Shown here in pieces: positions 11,497 through 22,679 of a stretch of 64,000 nucleotides of DNA. The stretch covers positions 18,596,546 to 18,660,545 of the forward strand of contig NC_052158.1 of NCBI RefSeq assembly GCF_902713615.1. The letters run 5' to 3'. The position numbers and the translations under genes were made by a program. This DNA comes from Scyliorhinus canicula. Its lineage: Eukaryota. Under the pieces are notes generated by a model. The model ran no database searches and was not told the origin of the DNA. It was given only the letters and a program-made list of their open reading frames with translations. Position 1 is the stretch's first letter. Every line of letters starts with the position of its first letter.

Positions 11497-11873
11497 CTAG
11501 AAACTTCTAATATTCTAGCCTTTTTGCCGGTTAGAAACTTCTAATATTCCACCCGTTTCTTGGGAACTAGAAACTTCTAATATTCTAGCCCCTACTCTGC
11601 TTAACTAGAAACTTCTAATATTCTAGCCTCGCTTTACCTAGAAACTTCTAATATTCTAGGCTTTTCTTGGGAACTAGAAACTTCTAATATTCTAGCCCCT
11701 ACTCTGCTTAACTAGAAACTTCTAATATTCTAGCCTCGCTTTACCTAGAAACTTCTAATATTCTAGGCCTTTCTTGGGAACTAGAAACTTCTAATATTCT
11801 AGCCCCTACTCTGCTTAACTAGAAACTTCTAATATTCTAGCCTCGCTTTACCTAGAAACTTCTAATATTCTAG
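11497..11873. repeat. Array of 11 copies of the 22-bp core CTAGAAACTTCTAATATTCTAG with three cycling spacers (107-bp higher-order unit)
   Basis: Higher-order units start at 11567, 11674 and 11781; the spacers are cccctactctgcttaa, cctcgctttac and gc(c/t)tttcttgggaa. Confidence 0.95.
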
Positions 11874-11874
11874 G

Positions 11875-11892
11875 CCTCCACGCTGGGCGCCA
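11875..11892 (-). promoter_or_regulatory. Primer-binding site, tRNA-Lys(CUU)-like
   Basis: TGGCGCCCAGCGTGGAGG versus the Lys1,2 PBS TGGCGCCCAACGTGGGGC (15/18), with no spacer after the LTR CA. Confidence 0.82.
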
Positions 11893-12773
11893 TGTTTTTC
11901 TAATTTCACCTATATGTTTTAGAATTCCCTTTATACCAAAGAACCTTACGGGCCAATATTCTAAAAACGGCGAACAGGGAACTACCTCCCTGACTCCAGT
12001 ACAGGCCTCTGAGAGTGCTAATCGGGTCAAACTCTCCTTTCAAGTTATCCCCCGGTATAACTCCTACCTTCACTGAAGAATTTTACTTACTTACCCCTTA
12101 ATGGCATTGATGTCCAGGGTCCTGCGTTCTTAAGGAAGTGAAGTAAGCTAATAACCACTTTTTCAGGTTAAATTATTTTATTATTAACATACTCTTTTTA
12201 TCTCATTAAATTAAAAACATTATTTACTTTTTGATGTTGTCTGGTTGGTTGGTGAGGCCTTCAGACTCTCTCTCTCTCTCTTTCACTTTCAAGCCTCCTG
12301 GTCATCTCTCCTGGTGCAGTTTTCTCTTTTCCTCCTCTTCTGTCTTCTGTGGCTGCTGTGGCTGCTGCTGTCCTTCTTGCTTCTTCGGGTGCCGCTGGTG
12401 TTCTGCTGCTGGTGTCTTTGTTCTTGCTTCTTGCCTCGTGGGGAGAAAAAGGGGAGGAGTCTGAAGTCCACGCTGGTTTCTTTGTTTCAGCTGTTCTGAT
12501 CGGGACCTCTGATAAGGATCGGACTTCGGGTCTTAAAGGGGCAGTCCATCACAATTTTCCAACAACACAAAGAGATTTTTTAAAACTTTTTTCTTCTGCC
12601 TTTCTCCTGCTGCAGGTTGTAATAACCATTTTGATAGACTGAAATTGCTGCCCACAGTTTCTGTGCCCTTCAGCTGCCACCAACCTCTTGTGGGATCTTT
12701 CCCTGCACTCTCCCCGATCAGATGTTGGCAGACCTCTATGTTTCAAATGACACATTCTGTATTTTCCAGAACA
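11893..12773 (-). mobile_element. 5' LTR (881 bp)
   Basis: Direct repeat of 7270-8151; the ORF-track translations of both copies are identical; directly followed on the minus strand by the PBS. Confidence 0.95.
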
Positions 12774-13082
12774 CGGTACAGACCCGATGGGCAGAAGGGC
12801 CTCTTCTGCACTGTATTATTCTGTGCTTCTGTAAAGTGCTGAGTCATGCTTAAGTAATCTGATAATTATTTGAAGGTACATTAAAAAGACTAGAAAAGAG
12901 GTGGGATGCCTCACATCCTTAAAAAAGTACCTCGCTGAGTGCTTGGCACACCATACAATTCAAGGCTATGGGCAAGTGCTGGCAAATGGGATTAGGAGGG
13001 CAGGTGACATTTCTGGGTTGGTGGAGACTCGACGGGCCGAGAACACTGTAGTGTTCTGTGATTCTGTGAATGTAGAAAGAAT

Positions 13083-13450
13083 GCACGGTAGCATGGTGAT
13101 TAGCATAAATGCTTCACGGTAGCATGGTGATTAGCATAAATGCTTCACAGCTCCAGGGTCCCAGGTTCGATTCCCGGCTGGGTCACTGTCTGTGCGGAGT
13201 CTGCACGTCCTCCCCTTGTGTGCGTGGGTTTCCTCCGGGTGCTCCGGTTTCCTCCCACAGTCCAAAGATGTGCGGGTTAGGTGGATTAGCCATGCTAAAT
13301 TGCCCGTAGTGTCTTAAAAAGTAAGGTTAGGGGGGGGGTTGTTGGGTTACGGGTATAGGGTGGATACGTGGGTTTGAGTAGAGTGATCATGGCTCGGCAC
13401 AACATCGAGGGCTGAAGGGCCTGTTCTGTGCTGTACTGTTCTGTGTTCTA
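13083..13450 (+). mobile_element. HE1-like V-SINE with a tandemly duplicated 31-bp 5' segment
   Basis: B box ggttcgattccc, V-domain core gtgggtttcctccgggtgctccggtttcctcccaca, CR1-like tail. Confidence 0.88.
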
Positions 13451-13529
13451 ATGTAGAAGAAGGACCTGGACAGGCGAGGAGAGTGGGCAAAGACATGGCA
13501 GATGGAATACAACTTAGAAAAGTGTGAAT

Positions 13530-14611
13530 CTGTAGTCGATGGACTTTACAAGGATGAGGTGGGAAAGTGAGATGTTTGCGGTCCAGGCGAGGGGACAGGA
13601 GAGGTGATTGGGGGAGCTGCCGTTCAGATTAGTAGGGGGAAGCTTTAGGTACCTTGGCATTCAAGTGGCGCGGGAATGGGACCGGCTGCATAAATTAAAT
13701 CTGGCCCGACTAGTAGACCAAATAAAGGACGACATTCGGAGATGGGACACGCCTCCGTTATCACTGGCTGGAAGGGTGCAGACGGTGAAGATGACAGTCC
13801 TCCCGAGATTCCTGTTCGTGTTTCAAGGTCTCCCCGTCTTTATTCCGTGGTCCTTTTTTAAACGGGTCAACAAAGTGATCACTGGCTTTGTTTGGGCGGG
13901 CAAGACCCCGCGAGTAAGGAAGGTAATGCTTGAGCAGAGTCGAGGAGACAGCGGGCTGGTGCTGCCAAATTTTAGTAACTATTACTGGGCGGCGAATATA
14001 GCCATGATCAGGAAGTGGGTGGTGGTGGGGGGAAAGGGGCGGTTGGCATGGGAGTCTATGGAGGCGGCTTCATGCAAGGGCACCAGTCTGGGGGCGTTGG
14101 TAACTGCGCCTCTGCCGTTTCCGCCAGCACGGTATTCCACCAACCCCGGGGTAGTGGCGGCCCTGAGAGTCTGGGGGCAATGGAGGAGACATGTGGGAGC
14201 AGAGGGAGCATCGGTCTGGTCCCCAATCTGTATTGGGTTTGCCCCGGAAAGTATGGATGGGGGGGGGGGTTTGGATATGGCGGAGAGCAGGGATTGAAAG
14301 TATTGGGGATATGTTTATAGAGGGGAGCTTTTCGAGAATGAGGACGCTGGAGGAGAAGTTTGGGTTGGCGAGGGGAAACAAATTCAGATACTTGCAGGTG
14401 CGAGACTTCCTATGTAGACAGGTATCAACCTTCCCGCTCCGACCACCAAGGGGGATTCAGGACAAGGTAGTTTCCAGAGTGTGGGTAGGAGAAGGGATCG
14501 TCTCGGATATTTATAAGGAGCTATGGGGTCAGAGGAGACGCAGACTGAGGAGCTGAAGCGCAAGTGGGAGGAGGAGCTGGGAGGTGGGATAGAGGATGGT
14601 CTATGGGCAGA
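13530..14611 (+). mobile_element. L1/Tx1-clade LINE ORF2 fragment (post-RT region), frameshifted
   Basis: FRYLGIQV...LSLAGRVQTVKMTVLPRFLFVFQ...GLVLPNFSNYYWAANI. Confidence 0.88.
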
Positions 14612-14988
14612 CCCACTCGCCACACTGCCGCCCCCACCAGTCCCCCCAGCCCGCGCGGTAGCCCCCACCCCGGCCAGCAGCACGGCTCCTGTCTGACTGT
14701 GGCTGCGCTGGACACAGTCCGTAGCCACCACACCAGGTTCCCGCAGGGCTGAGGACATGAGGGATCTGTGCTGTCGTGAACTCAGCCCATCGAGGGCGGA
14801 GCATCAGGGGAGGGCCTTCAGGTGACGCACTGTGGCCGTCCCAACAGCGTGCGTTACGCGCCCTGAAGACGCTGTTTCAGAGGGACGGAGCGTACAAAAC
14901 AGGCGCCGCCCCGATTTCAGCGTCAAAAGGGATTCTCCGTTCGATCGCCGATTACGAAATTGGCATCGGGGAATGGTGAATCCCGCCC
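14612..14988. mobile_element. Harbinger-type MITE fragment (right end)
   Basis: Ends in the TIR-like sequence gaatcccgccc; GC-rich internal sequence resembles the other copies. Confidence 0.6.
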
Positions 14989-15260
14989 GGTAACTGTGAT
15001 TCTCTCTCCATGGATGCTTCCAGTGCCGCTGAGTTCATCCGGCATTCTCTGTTTTTAACTCGGATTTCCAGCATCTGCAGTATTTAACTTTTCTTTCAGA
15101 TTTGTATTTGATGTCACCCACACTATTTCTGGGTGGGTGCTGGGCAGGAAAAATATTCGACGCGAGTCAGGTCAGGTGTGAGGAGGCATTGCTCAGGAGG
15201 ATAGAAGGGCAGCAAGTGGGATCATGACTGACTACAGCTGAAGAATCTGCTTAGGTTTCT

Positions 15261-15600
15261 TCGAATCATATAGAATCATAGAATTTACAGTACAGGTGGA
15301 GGCCATTCAGCCCATCGAGTCTACACCGGCCACTGATAGAGCACCCTACCAAAGTCCACCCTATCCCCGTAATCCAGCAACCCCACCTAACATTGGACAC
15401 TGCGGGACAATTTTAGCGTGACCAATCCACCTAAGCCGCACTCCTTTGGACTGTGGGAGGAAACCAGAGCACCCGGAGGAAACCCACGTAGACACGGGGA
15501 GAACGTGCAGACTCCGCACAGACAGTGACCCAAGCCGGGAATCGAACCTGGGACCCTGCCGCTGTGAAGTAACAGTGCTAACCCCTGTGCTATCGTGCCG
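15261..15600 (-). mobile_element. HE1-like V-SINE
   Basis: Reverse complement of the V-SINE core with a (ttctatg)n tail. Confidence 0.88.
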
Positions 15601-16745
15601 CAAGTTACTTGATTTATAATTTTGTGCCTCGGCCGGGAGTTAACTGCCAGGGTACTGAGAGACAGGCGTAAATTGAATTTCCTGCAGCCCAGTATTGGAC
15701 CAGAGATCCAATGGATGTTGCACTTTCTGAAGGAGGCTCCTCCTCCAGTGAAGGTGAGAGAATGAGAAGGAGGGGGGAAGGTTTTGACAAGGACAGGTTC
15801 CCCATGGGGTCCAGGACGTTGTGGAACTCGCTGCTCAGAAAGGACCTGTGGAGAGTTGACAACAGCAGCAGACCAGGGCAGTCGTCGGTGCAGACAATCT
15901 CCTGCCAAAGAGTATAACAGCAAAGGATGGCATCCCTCCCAATGCCAGAACCACAAGGACCTCCTGCTGTTCACTCACAGCCTGGAGGAGGTCTCACAGG
16001 AATTCATCACCATGGGGCCATCGTTGATCTAGGCCCCTCCTCAACAGATGGTCTCTCCATTCTGTCTGAAGGACAGAACTTGAAATCTTTCCTAAACGCT
16101 TATTATTCTTAAGGCGAACGTGACAGGTATGCTCCCTGTTAAGGGCCCTAAATAATACACTACTGGCAGAATAGTCACCAAAATGCACAACAAAACAAGC
16201 TATTGCCTGGTGGTGCTCCAATAGTTGAATGGATTTACAAATCTTCGTGGTCAAAGTTTCTGCCTCCAGACCACTAATTGATGGGTAACTTTCACTGACC
16301 CATACATGGGTTTCTTTAAAGGGGCGGCTGTGTCCAACTTCCAGTTCACTGTCTGACCCCTCTCTCATTGGGCGTCACACCCTGGAGCCCGGATAGGGCA
16401 CACCATCCATCCTTCCCTCAGCTAGTTGTCTAGCTTCCCGCTGGGTTGGTGTTAATTGACTCTTCAGCATCTTTCCGTATCGGTGACCCGCCCCCTTCCG
16501 GGTTGGACATCCACCCCACCCCAATTATCCAAAAGCGTAAAAGTTACCCCAGCATTTCCAGTCAAGGTGACCTTGCAGCACACTTTGAACAAAGATGGCA
16601 AAGTATTATTCAGTGTTGTGTTTTTACAAAAGGCTTCAGCTGGCAGCATGGTTTCTCAATTCAGTAAATTATATTGCCCATCCCCTGAAAAGGGGTGTGA
16701 AGGTTGAACACCAGAGGCCTGTTGGAAGGAGGTCTCAGAGACAGG

Positions 16746-17509
16746 GGGCTGGATTCTCCGCACCCCGATGGCGAAATCGTGTCCGGCGGCGGGGCGGAGA
16801 ATCCACTTTCACGCATAGAATCGGGACCAGGGCCGGTTCCTCGATTCTCCGGGCCCCAAAAAGCGGTGTACCTGGAAGGTACGCCGCGCTGCGTATCACC
16901 CACCGGCGGCCATTGCTGGAGGCCCGCCCCGCTATTCTTCACCCCCAACCGGCCGAAGTCCTGACGGCATGGATCTAATGTGGTCCTGCTATTCGGGTTA
17001 CTCGCCTGGTGACTGCGGACACAGTCCGCGGCCGACATGGTCGGGGGCGGGTCGACTGGAGGGCAGGTGGGGCCTCATATGGGATCGGGTTATTTTTAGG
17101 CAGGCGGTCCGGGTCGGGTACGCGGCTGATCAGGGGCACTATTTTGGAGGTCCAGCTCCGCGGTCTGGGTCCGGTCATGGAGCACAGCGCGGCCACTGGA
17201 GGCCGCTGCCGTGCGCCTGTGCGGCCTCTGACCCGGCAGTGCGAGGTGCAGCATCTGCAGCTAAAGCTGCTAGATTCACACCGGGTTCCTGCTCGCCCCT
17301 TACAGGGCTATGAATATATGCTCGGGAGGGGACTGGCCCGCGATAGGTGCCCACCGATCGTTGGGCCGGCTTCTCCAGGAGACGCACTCTTTCCCCTCCG
17401 CCGCCCCCTATGATCAAGCCGCCACGTCTTGCGGGGCAGCGGAGGGGAAGACGGCAACCGCACATGTGCGGCTGACGTCATTAGGTGCCGCCGGCCACGT
17501 CATTCTTGG
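16746..17509. mobile_element. Harbinger-type MITE, left part, interrupted at 17510
   Basis: Starts with TIR gggctggattctccg, identical to the 54655 MITE. Confidence 0.7.
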
Positions 17510-17996
17510 CAGGGCCGGCTCAAGGTACCGGCAACTCGGGCAGTCGCCCGGGGCGCCATGTGCTAGGGGGCGCCATCAACGAGTGCGTAACCGGCGTCAG
17601 AGACCTGCCGACAGAGAGACCGGCCCGCCGATCGGTGAGTCCCGATCATATAGCAGGTCACTCTGGCCCCCCCCCCGAACCGACCCGACCCCCCAGCCCC
17701 CGACCCGAACCCCCCGCCCCCGACCCGAACCCCCCCGACCCGACCCGACCCCCTCGACCCGACCCCCCAGACCCCCCAACCCCCGACCCGACCCCCGATC
17801 CGACTCCCCCGATCCGGCCCGACCCCCCCCCTGATCCCCCCAGACCCGACCCGACACACCCTGACCCCCCCGACCCGACCCCCCCGACCCCCCCACCGCG
17901 AACCGACCCGACCCCCGACCCCCGACCCGACCCCCGACCCGACCCCCGACCCCACCCGACCCGACCCGACCCGACCCGACCCCGCCCGACCCGACC
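17510..17996. mobile_element. hAT-like element end followed by a (CCCGA)n low-complexity tract, truncated at the inverted-duplication breakpoint
   Basis: Begins CAGGGCCGGCTCAAGG...GGGGCGCC; (CCCGA)n runs ~17667-17996. Confidence 0.5.
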
Positions 17997-19533
17997 CGTG
18001 CAGACTCCGCACAGACAGTGACCCAGCTGGGAATCGAACCTGGGATCCTGGAGCTGTGAAGCATTTATGCTAACCACCATGCTACCGTGAAGCATTTATG
18101 CTAACCACCATGCTACCGTGAAGCATTTATGCTAACCACCATGCTACCGTGCATTCTTTCTACATTCACAGAATCACAGAACACTACAGTGTTCTCGGCC
18201 CGTCGAGTCTCCACCAACCCAGAAATGTCACCTGCCCTCCTAATCCCATTTGCCAGCACTTGCCCATAGCCTTGAATGTTATGGTGTGCCAAGCACTCAG
18301 CCAGGTAATTTTTTAAGGATGTGAGGCATCCCACCTCTTTTCTAGTCTTTTTAATGTACCTTCAAATAATTATCAGATTACTTAAGCATGACTCAGCACT
18401 TTACAGAAGCACAGAATAATACAGTGCAGAAGAGGCCCTTCTGCCCATCGGGTCTGTACCGACACATGAAAACCATCTGACCTGTCCACCTAATGGGGCA
18501 GCACGGTAGCATTGTGGATAGCACAATCGCTTCACAGCTCCAGGATCCCAGGTTCGATTCTGGCTTGGGGCACTGTCTGTGCGGAGTCTGCACATCCTCC
18601 CCGTGTGTGCGTGGGTTTCCTCCGGGTGCTCCGGTTTCCTCCCACAATCCAAAGATCTGCAGGTTAGGTGGATTGGCTATGATAAATTGCCCTTAGTGTC
18701 CAAATTTGCCCTTAGTGTTGGGTGGGGTTACTGGGTTATGGGGATAGGGTGGAGTTGTTGACCTTGGGGAGGGTGCTCTTTCCAAGAGCCGGTTCAGACT
18801 CGATGGGCTGAATGGCCTCCTTCTGCACTGTAAATTCTATGATTCTATGATTCTAATCCCATTTGCCAGCACTTGGCCCATAGCCTTGAATGTTATGAGT
18901 GCCAAGTGAGCATCCAGGTACTTTTTAAAGGATGTGAAGCAGCCTCCCAGGCAGTGCATTCCAGACCATCATCACCCTCTGGGTAAAACAGTTTTTCCTC
19001 AAATCCCCCCAAAACCTCCTGCCCCTCACCTTGAACTTATGTCCCCGTGTAACTGACCCTTCAACTAAGGGGAACAGCTGCTCCCTATCCACCCTGTCCA
19101 TGTCCCTCATTATCTTGTACACCTCGATCATGTCGCCCCTCAGTCTTCTCTGCTCCAGCGAAAACAACCCAAGTCTATCCAACCTCTGATCATAACTTAT
19201 CCCAGACAACATCCTAGTGAATCGCCTCTGCACCCCCTTTGGTGCAATCACATCCTTCCTATAAAGTGGCGACTAGAATTGCACACAGTGCTCCATATGT
19301 GGGTTCACCAATGTTTTATACTGTCGCCACCTGCTGTGGACACATGGCAGTGAGGTGAGTACCAAAGAGTGACCATAAGACTATTCGAGAATTTGTGCCC
19401 TGTAAGCCATAACCATTGATTTTAAAAAAAATTTAGAGTACCCAATTTTTTTTCCAATTAAGGGGCAATTTAGCATAGCCAATCCACCTAACCTGCACAT
19501 CTTTGCGTTGTGGTATGAAACCCAGGCAGACAC
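17997..19533 (-). repeat. Right arm of the inverted duplication, carrying its own SINE insertion
   Basis: Reverse complement of 6554-7269 plus 12778-13207. Confidence 0.92.
18495..18852 (+). mobile_element. Full-length V-SINE inserted only in the right arm
   Basis: TSD CTAAT at 18490-18494 and 18853-18857; the empty site ggattaggtggac is at ~7231-7243. Confidence 0.92.
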
Positions 19534-19847
19534 AGGGAGAAAGTGCAAACTCCACACAAACAATGACCCGGGGCCAAACCTGGGTCTTCAGTGCCGTGGG
19601 CAGCAGTGCTAACCACTGCGTCACTGTGCTGCCCCAGCCATGACTATTAACTTGGAAATATTAAGTGCATGTGTAACTTTTTTCCAGCAGCTGTAACCCT
19701 TGAGTTTTTTTCTCCTCCTTATCTTTTTAAATGCCTCCATCAGGAATAGAATGTCCAATCAGACTAACTCAACTGTAGCCACAATATTTAATGGATGCTC
19801 AAATGAATGTGCACCATGAGCAAAGGATCAATGGTCCTTCAGCTCTT

Positions 19848-20145
19848 AATCTTAATAATCTTTATTGTCACTAGAAGGCTTACATTAACACTGCAATGAA
19901 GTTACTGTGAAAAGCCACCAGTTGCCACATTCCGGTGCCTGTTCGGGTACACGGAGGGAGAATTCAGAATGTCCAATTCTCTGAACAGCCCGTCTTTCGG
20001 GACTTGTGGGAGGAAACCGGAGCACCCGGAGGAAACCCACGCAGACACAGGGAGAACGTGCAGACTCTGCACACACAAACTGGGAATTGAACCTGGGACC
20101 CTGGCGCTGCAAAACAGCAGTGCTAACCACTGTGCTACTGTGCTG
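19848..20145 (-). mobile_element. V-SINE variant with a different 3' tail
   Basis: V core plus tail shared with the copies at 21725-22012 and 39058-39245. Confidence 0.8.
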
Positions 20146-20629
20146 CAGTATTTGATCAAATCAAATCAAATCCATAAAAACAGGACTCAGCTGAGTCCTG
20201 TCCGCCATGTGTTGAGCAGATAATTATCAAGATGCTGCATCGATCTGTCTCATTGTAGTTGTTGACTCCTCCTGTGGTGGTTTTACAATCTCAACTCTGC
20301 ATCAAGTCAAGTGGATCTGGTGTACCTCAAAATAATTTCTCTCAACTTCAGCCAGAGGGAGCAAGACTCCAGTGCATGTTATTTGGGTCTACAAGGTCCA
20401 ATTATCTCTCCCAGCCAAAAGAGGACAGTCCAGAGTGTTACCTTCCTCCCGATACTCTAAAATTCAATTGTTTTATTCGCCAGATTGTAATTTCCCTGAT
20501 AATGTGAGAGAAATCCTCAGAAATTATTCCCCAACAAAGGGAACAAGGAACTGGATTCAGGGAGTGTTTGATACAGAAGGTTGGATAAGACCATTTAAGT
20601 TTTAAGAACGCACATGTTTTCTTAAATGG

Positions 20630-20962
20630 GGGCAGCATGATAGCACAGTGGTTAGCACACCTGCCTCACAGGACCAGGGACCCGGGTTCAGTTCCAGCCT
20701 TGGGGGACTGTCTGTGTGGAGTCTGCACGTTCTCCCCGGGCCTGCGTGGGTTTCGTCCGGGTGCTCCAGTTTCCTCCCACAGTCCAAAGATGTGCAGGTT
20801 AGGTGTATTGGCCATGTTAAATTGCCCATTAGTGTCCAAATGTTTAGGTGGGGTTACAAGGACTGGCTGGAGGCTTGGGCCTAGGTATGGTCATCTTTCA
20901 GAGGGTTGGAGCAGACTCGATGGACCGAATGGCCTCCTTCTGCACTGTAGAAATTCTATGAT
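20630..20962 (+). mobile_element. HE1-like V-SINE
   Basis: tRNA-like head, V core, CR1-like tail. Confidence 0.85.
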
Positions 20963-21009
20963 ATGGAATTCAATTTTATTATAATCTCCCGTCCTCTTGT
21001 TTTCTAGGA

Positions 21010-21710
21010 ACATAGGAACAGGAGTAGGCCATTCAGCCCATCAGTTCTGACATTCAGGATGAACGGCTGATCGGACATTTCAATGTCTTTCACACTCACT
21101 ACTGCCGTAACCCTTTATGTTATTGTTATCAGAAATTTACTAATCGCTGCCTTCAACGGACTCAATGACTGAACTTCCACTGCCCTCTGAGGTAGAGAAT
21201 TCCAAATTTTCACAATTCTCTGCATAAAGAAATTTCTCCTCATCCCATTCCTAAATGGCTTCCCCCTTATTTTGAAATTGTGTCCAATGGTTCTAGTTTG
21301 CAAACAGTGGAACAAACTTACCTGCATCTAGCCTGTCAATTCCTTTAAGTCCTTTGTCGGAGTCAATAAGATCACCTCCCATTCTTTGAAACTCGAGAGA
21401 ATACAGGCCCAATTTACCCACTGTCTTCGTAAGACAGTCCCACCATCCCCGGCAATGTCTGGTGAGCGTTCCTTGCATTCCATTCATGACAATAATGTCC
21501 TTTTTGAGGTAAGGGGGCTAAAGGTGCACGCAGTACTCCAGGTGCAGTCTAACCAAGCTCCTCCACAATTGAAGCAAGATTTCACGGCTCCTGTACTCAA
21601 ATCCTCTTGTGATGAAAGCTAACATTCCATTAGCCTTCCCGATAGCTTGCTGCACCTGCATGTTAGCCTTCAGTGACATAGGTATGGACAAGCAGGCCCC
21701 TTCTACACTT
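21010..21710 (-). mobile_element. CR1 LINE 3' fragment
   Basis: RRNFFMQRIVKIWNSLPQRAVE and KLGLYSLEFQRMGGDLI on the minus strand. Confidence 0.85.
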
Positions 21711-21724
21711 TTTAATTCTTACCA

Positions 21725-22012
21725 CAAGGTGGCAGAGTGGTTAGCACTGTTGCTGCACAGCACCAGGGACCCGTGTTCGATTGCCAGCTTGGGTCACTCT
21801 CTGCAGAGTCTGCACATTATCTTTGTGTCTGCGTGGGTTTCCTCCGAGTGCTCCAGTTTCCTCCCACAAGTCCCAAAAGATGTGCTTGTTAGGTGAATTG
21901 GACATTCTGAATTTTCCCTCAGTGTACCCCAACAGGCGCCGTAGTGTGCCGACTAGGGGATTTTTCACAGGAACTTCATTGCAGTGTTAATGTAAGCCAA
22001 CTTGTGACACTA
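21725..22012 (+). mobile_element. V-SINE variant
   Basis: V core and variant tail. Confidence 0.75.
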
Positions 22013-22679
22013 ATATCCTGGAGGTGACCATTGATTAGAAACCGAACTGGACTAGCCACATGAATACGTGGCAGGTCAAAGGCTAGGAATCCCACGGCGA
22101 GTAACTCACCCCTGAACCCTTGTCCACTGTCTACAAGGCACAAGTCAGGAGTGTAATAGAATAGTCTCCACTTGCCTGGATGAGTGCAGCTCCAACATCA
22201 ATCAAGAAAGCTCAACATCCTCCAGGACAAAGTAGCCCCGCTTGATTGCTCCCCCTTTCACAAACACTCAAACCCTCCACCACCGACGAACAGTGGCTGC
22301 TGTGTGCATCATCTACACGATGCACTGCAGTGACTCACCAATTTCCTGAGGCAGCACCTTCCAAACCCACGACCACTACCATCTAGAAGGGCAAGAGCAG
22401 CAGATACCTGGGAACCCCTCCAGGTCACTCACCACCCTGACTTGGAAATATATCGCCGTTCCTTCACCGTCGCTGGAGCAATATTCTGGAACTCCCTCCC
22501 TAACAGCACAGTGGGTGTACCTACACCTCGAGGACTGCAGCGGTTCAAGAAGGCAATCCACCACCACCTTCTGAAGGGCAATTAGGGATGGGCAAAAAAT
22601 GCTGGCCCAACCAGCGACGCCCACATCCCATAAATGAATTTAAAAATAAATTTAACAATAAAGATTATTATAAATACTC

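Larger units (their letters stand above)
7270..12773 (-). mobile_element. Very young, structurally complete non-autonomous LTR retroelement (5504 bp)
   Basis: LTRs 7270-8151 and 11893-12773; TSD CGGT at 7266-7269 and 12774-12777; PBS 11875-11892; PPT adjoining 8152; single-copy empty site in the other arm (~18466-18472). Confidence 0.96.
6554..13207 (+). repeat. Left arm of an inverted duplication (6554-7269 plus 12778-13207, split by the LTR element)
   Basis: Reverse-complement match to 17997-19533, about 97-98% identical by eye. Confidence 0.92.

Noticed and set aside
11497-11873. CRISPR-like repeat-spacer array
   Set aside because: Spacers are only 11-16 bp and recur cyclically, there are no cas genes, and the context is a vertebrate LTR element leader.
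13109-13309. Recurrent 60-90 aa ORFs (MVVSINASQLQGPRFDSR...) and tRNA genes
   Set aside because: These are V-SINE copies; the tRNA-like heads do not complete a cloverleaf.
17485-18095. Pro/Asp- and Gly/Arg-rich ORFs of 145-178 aa
   Set aside because: Translations of the (CCCGA)n repeat.
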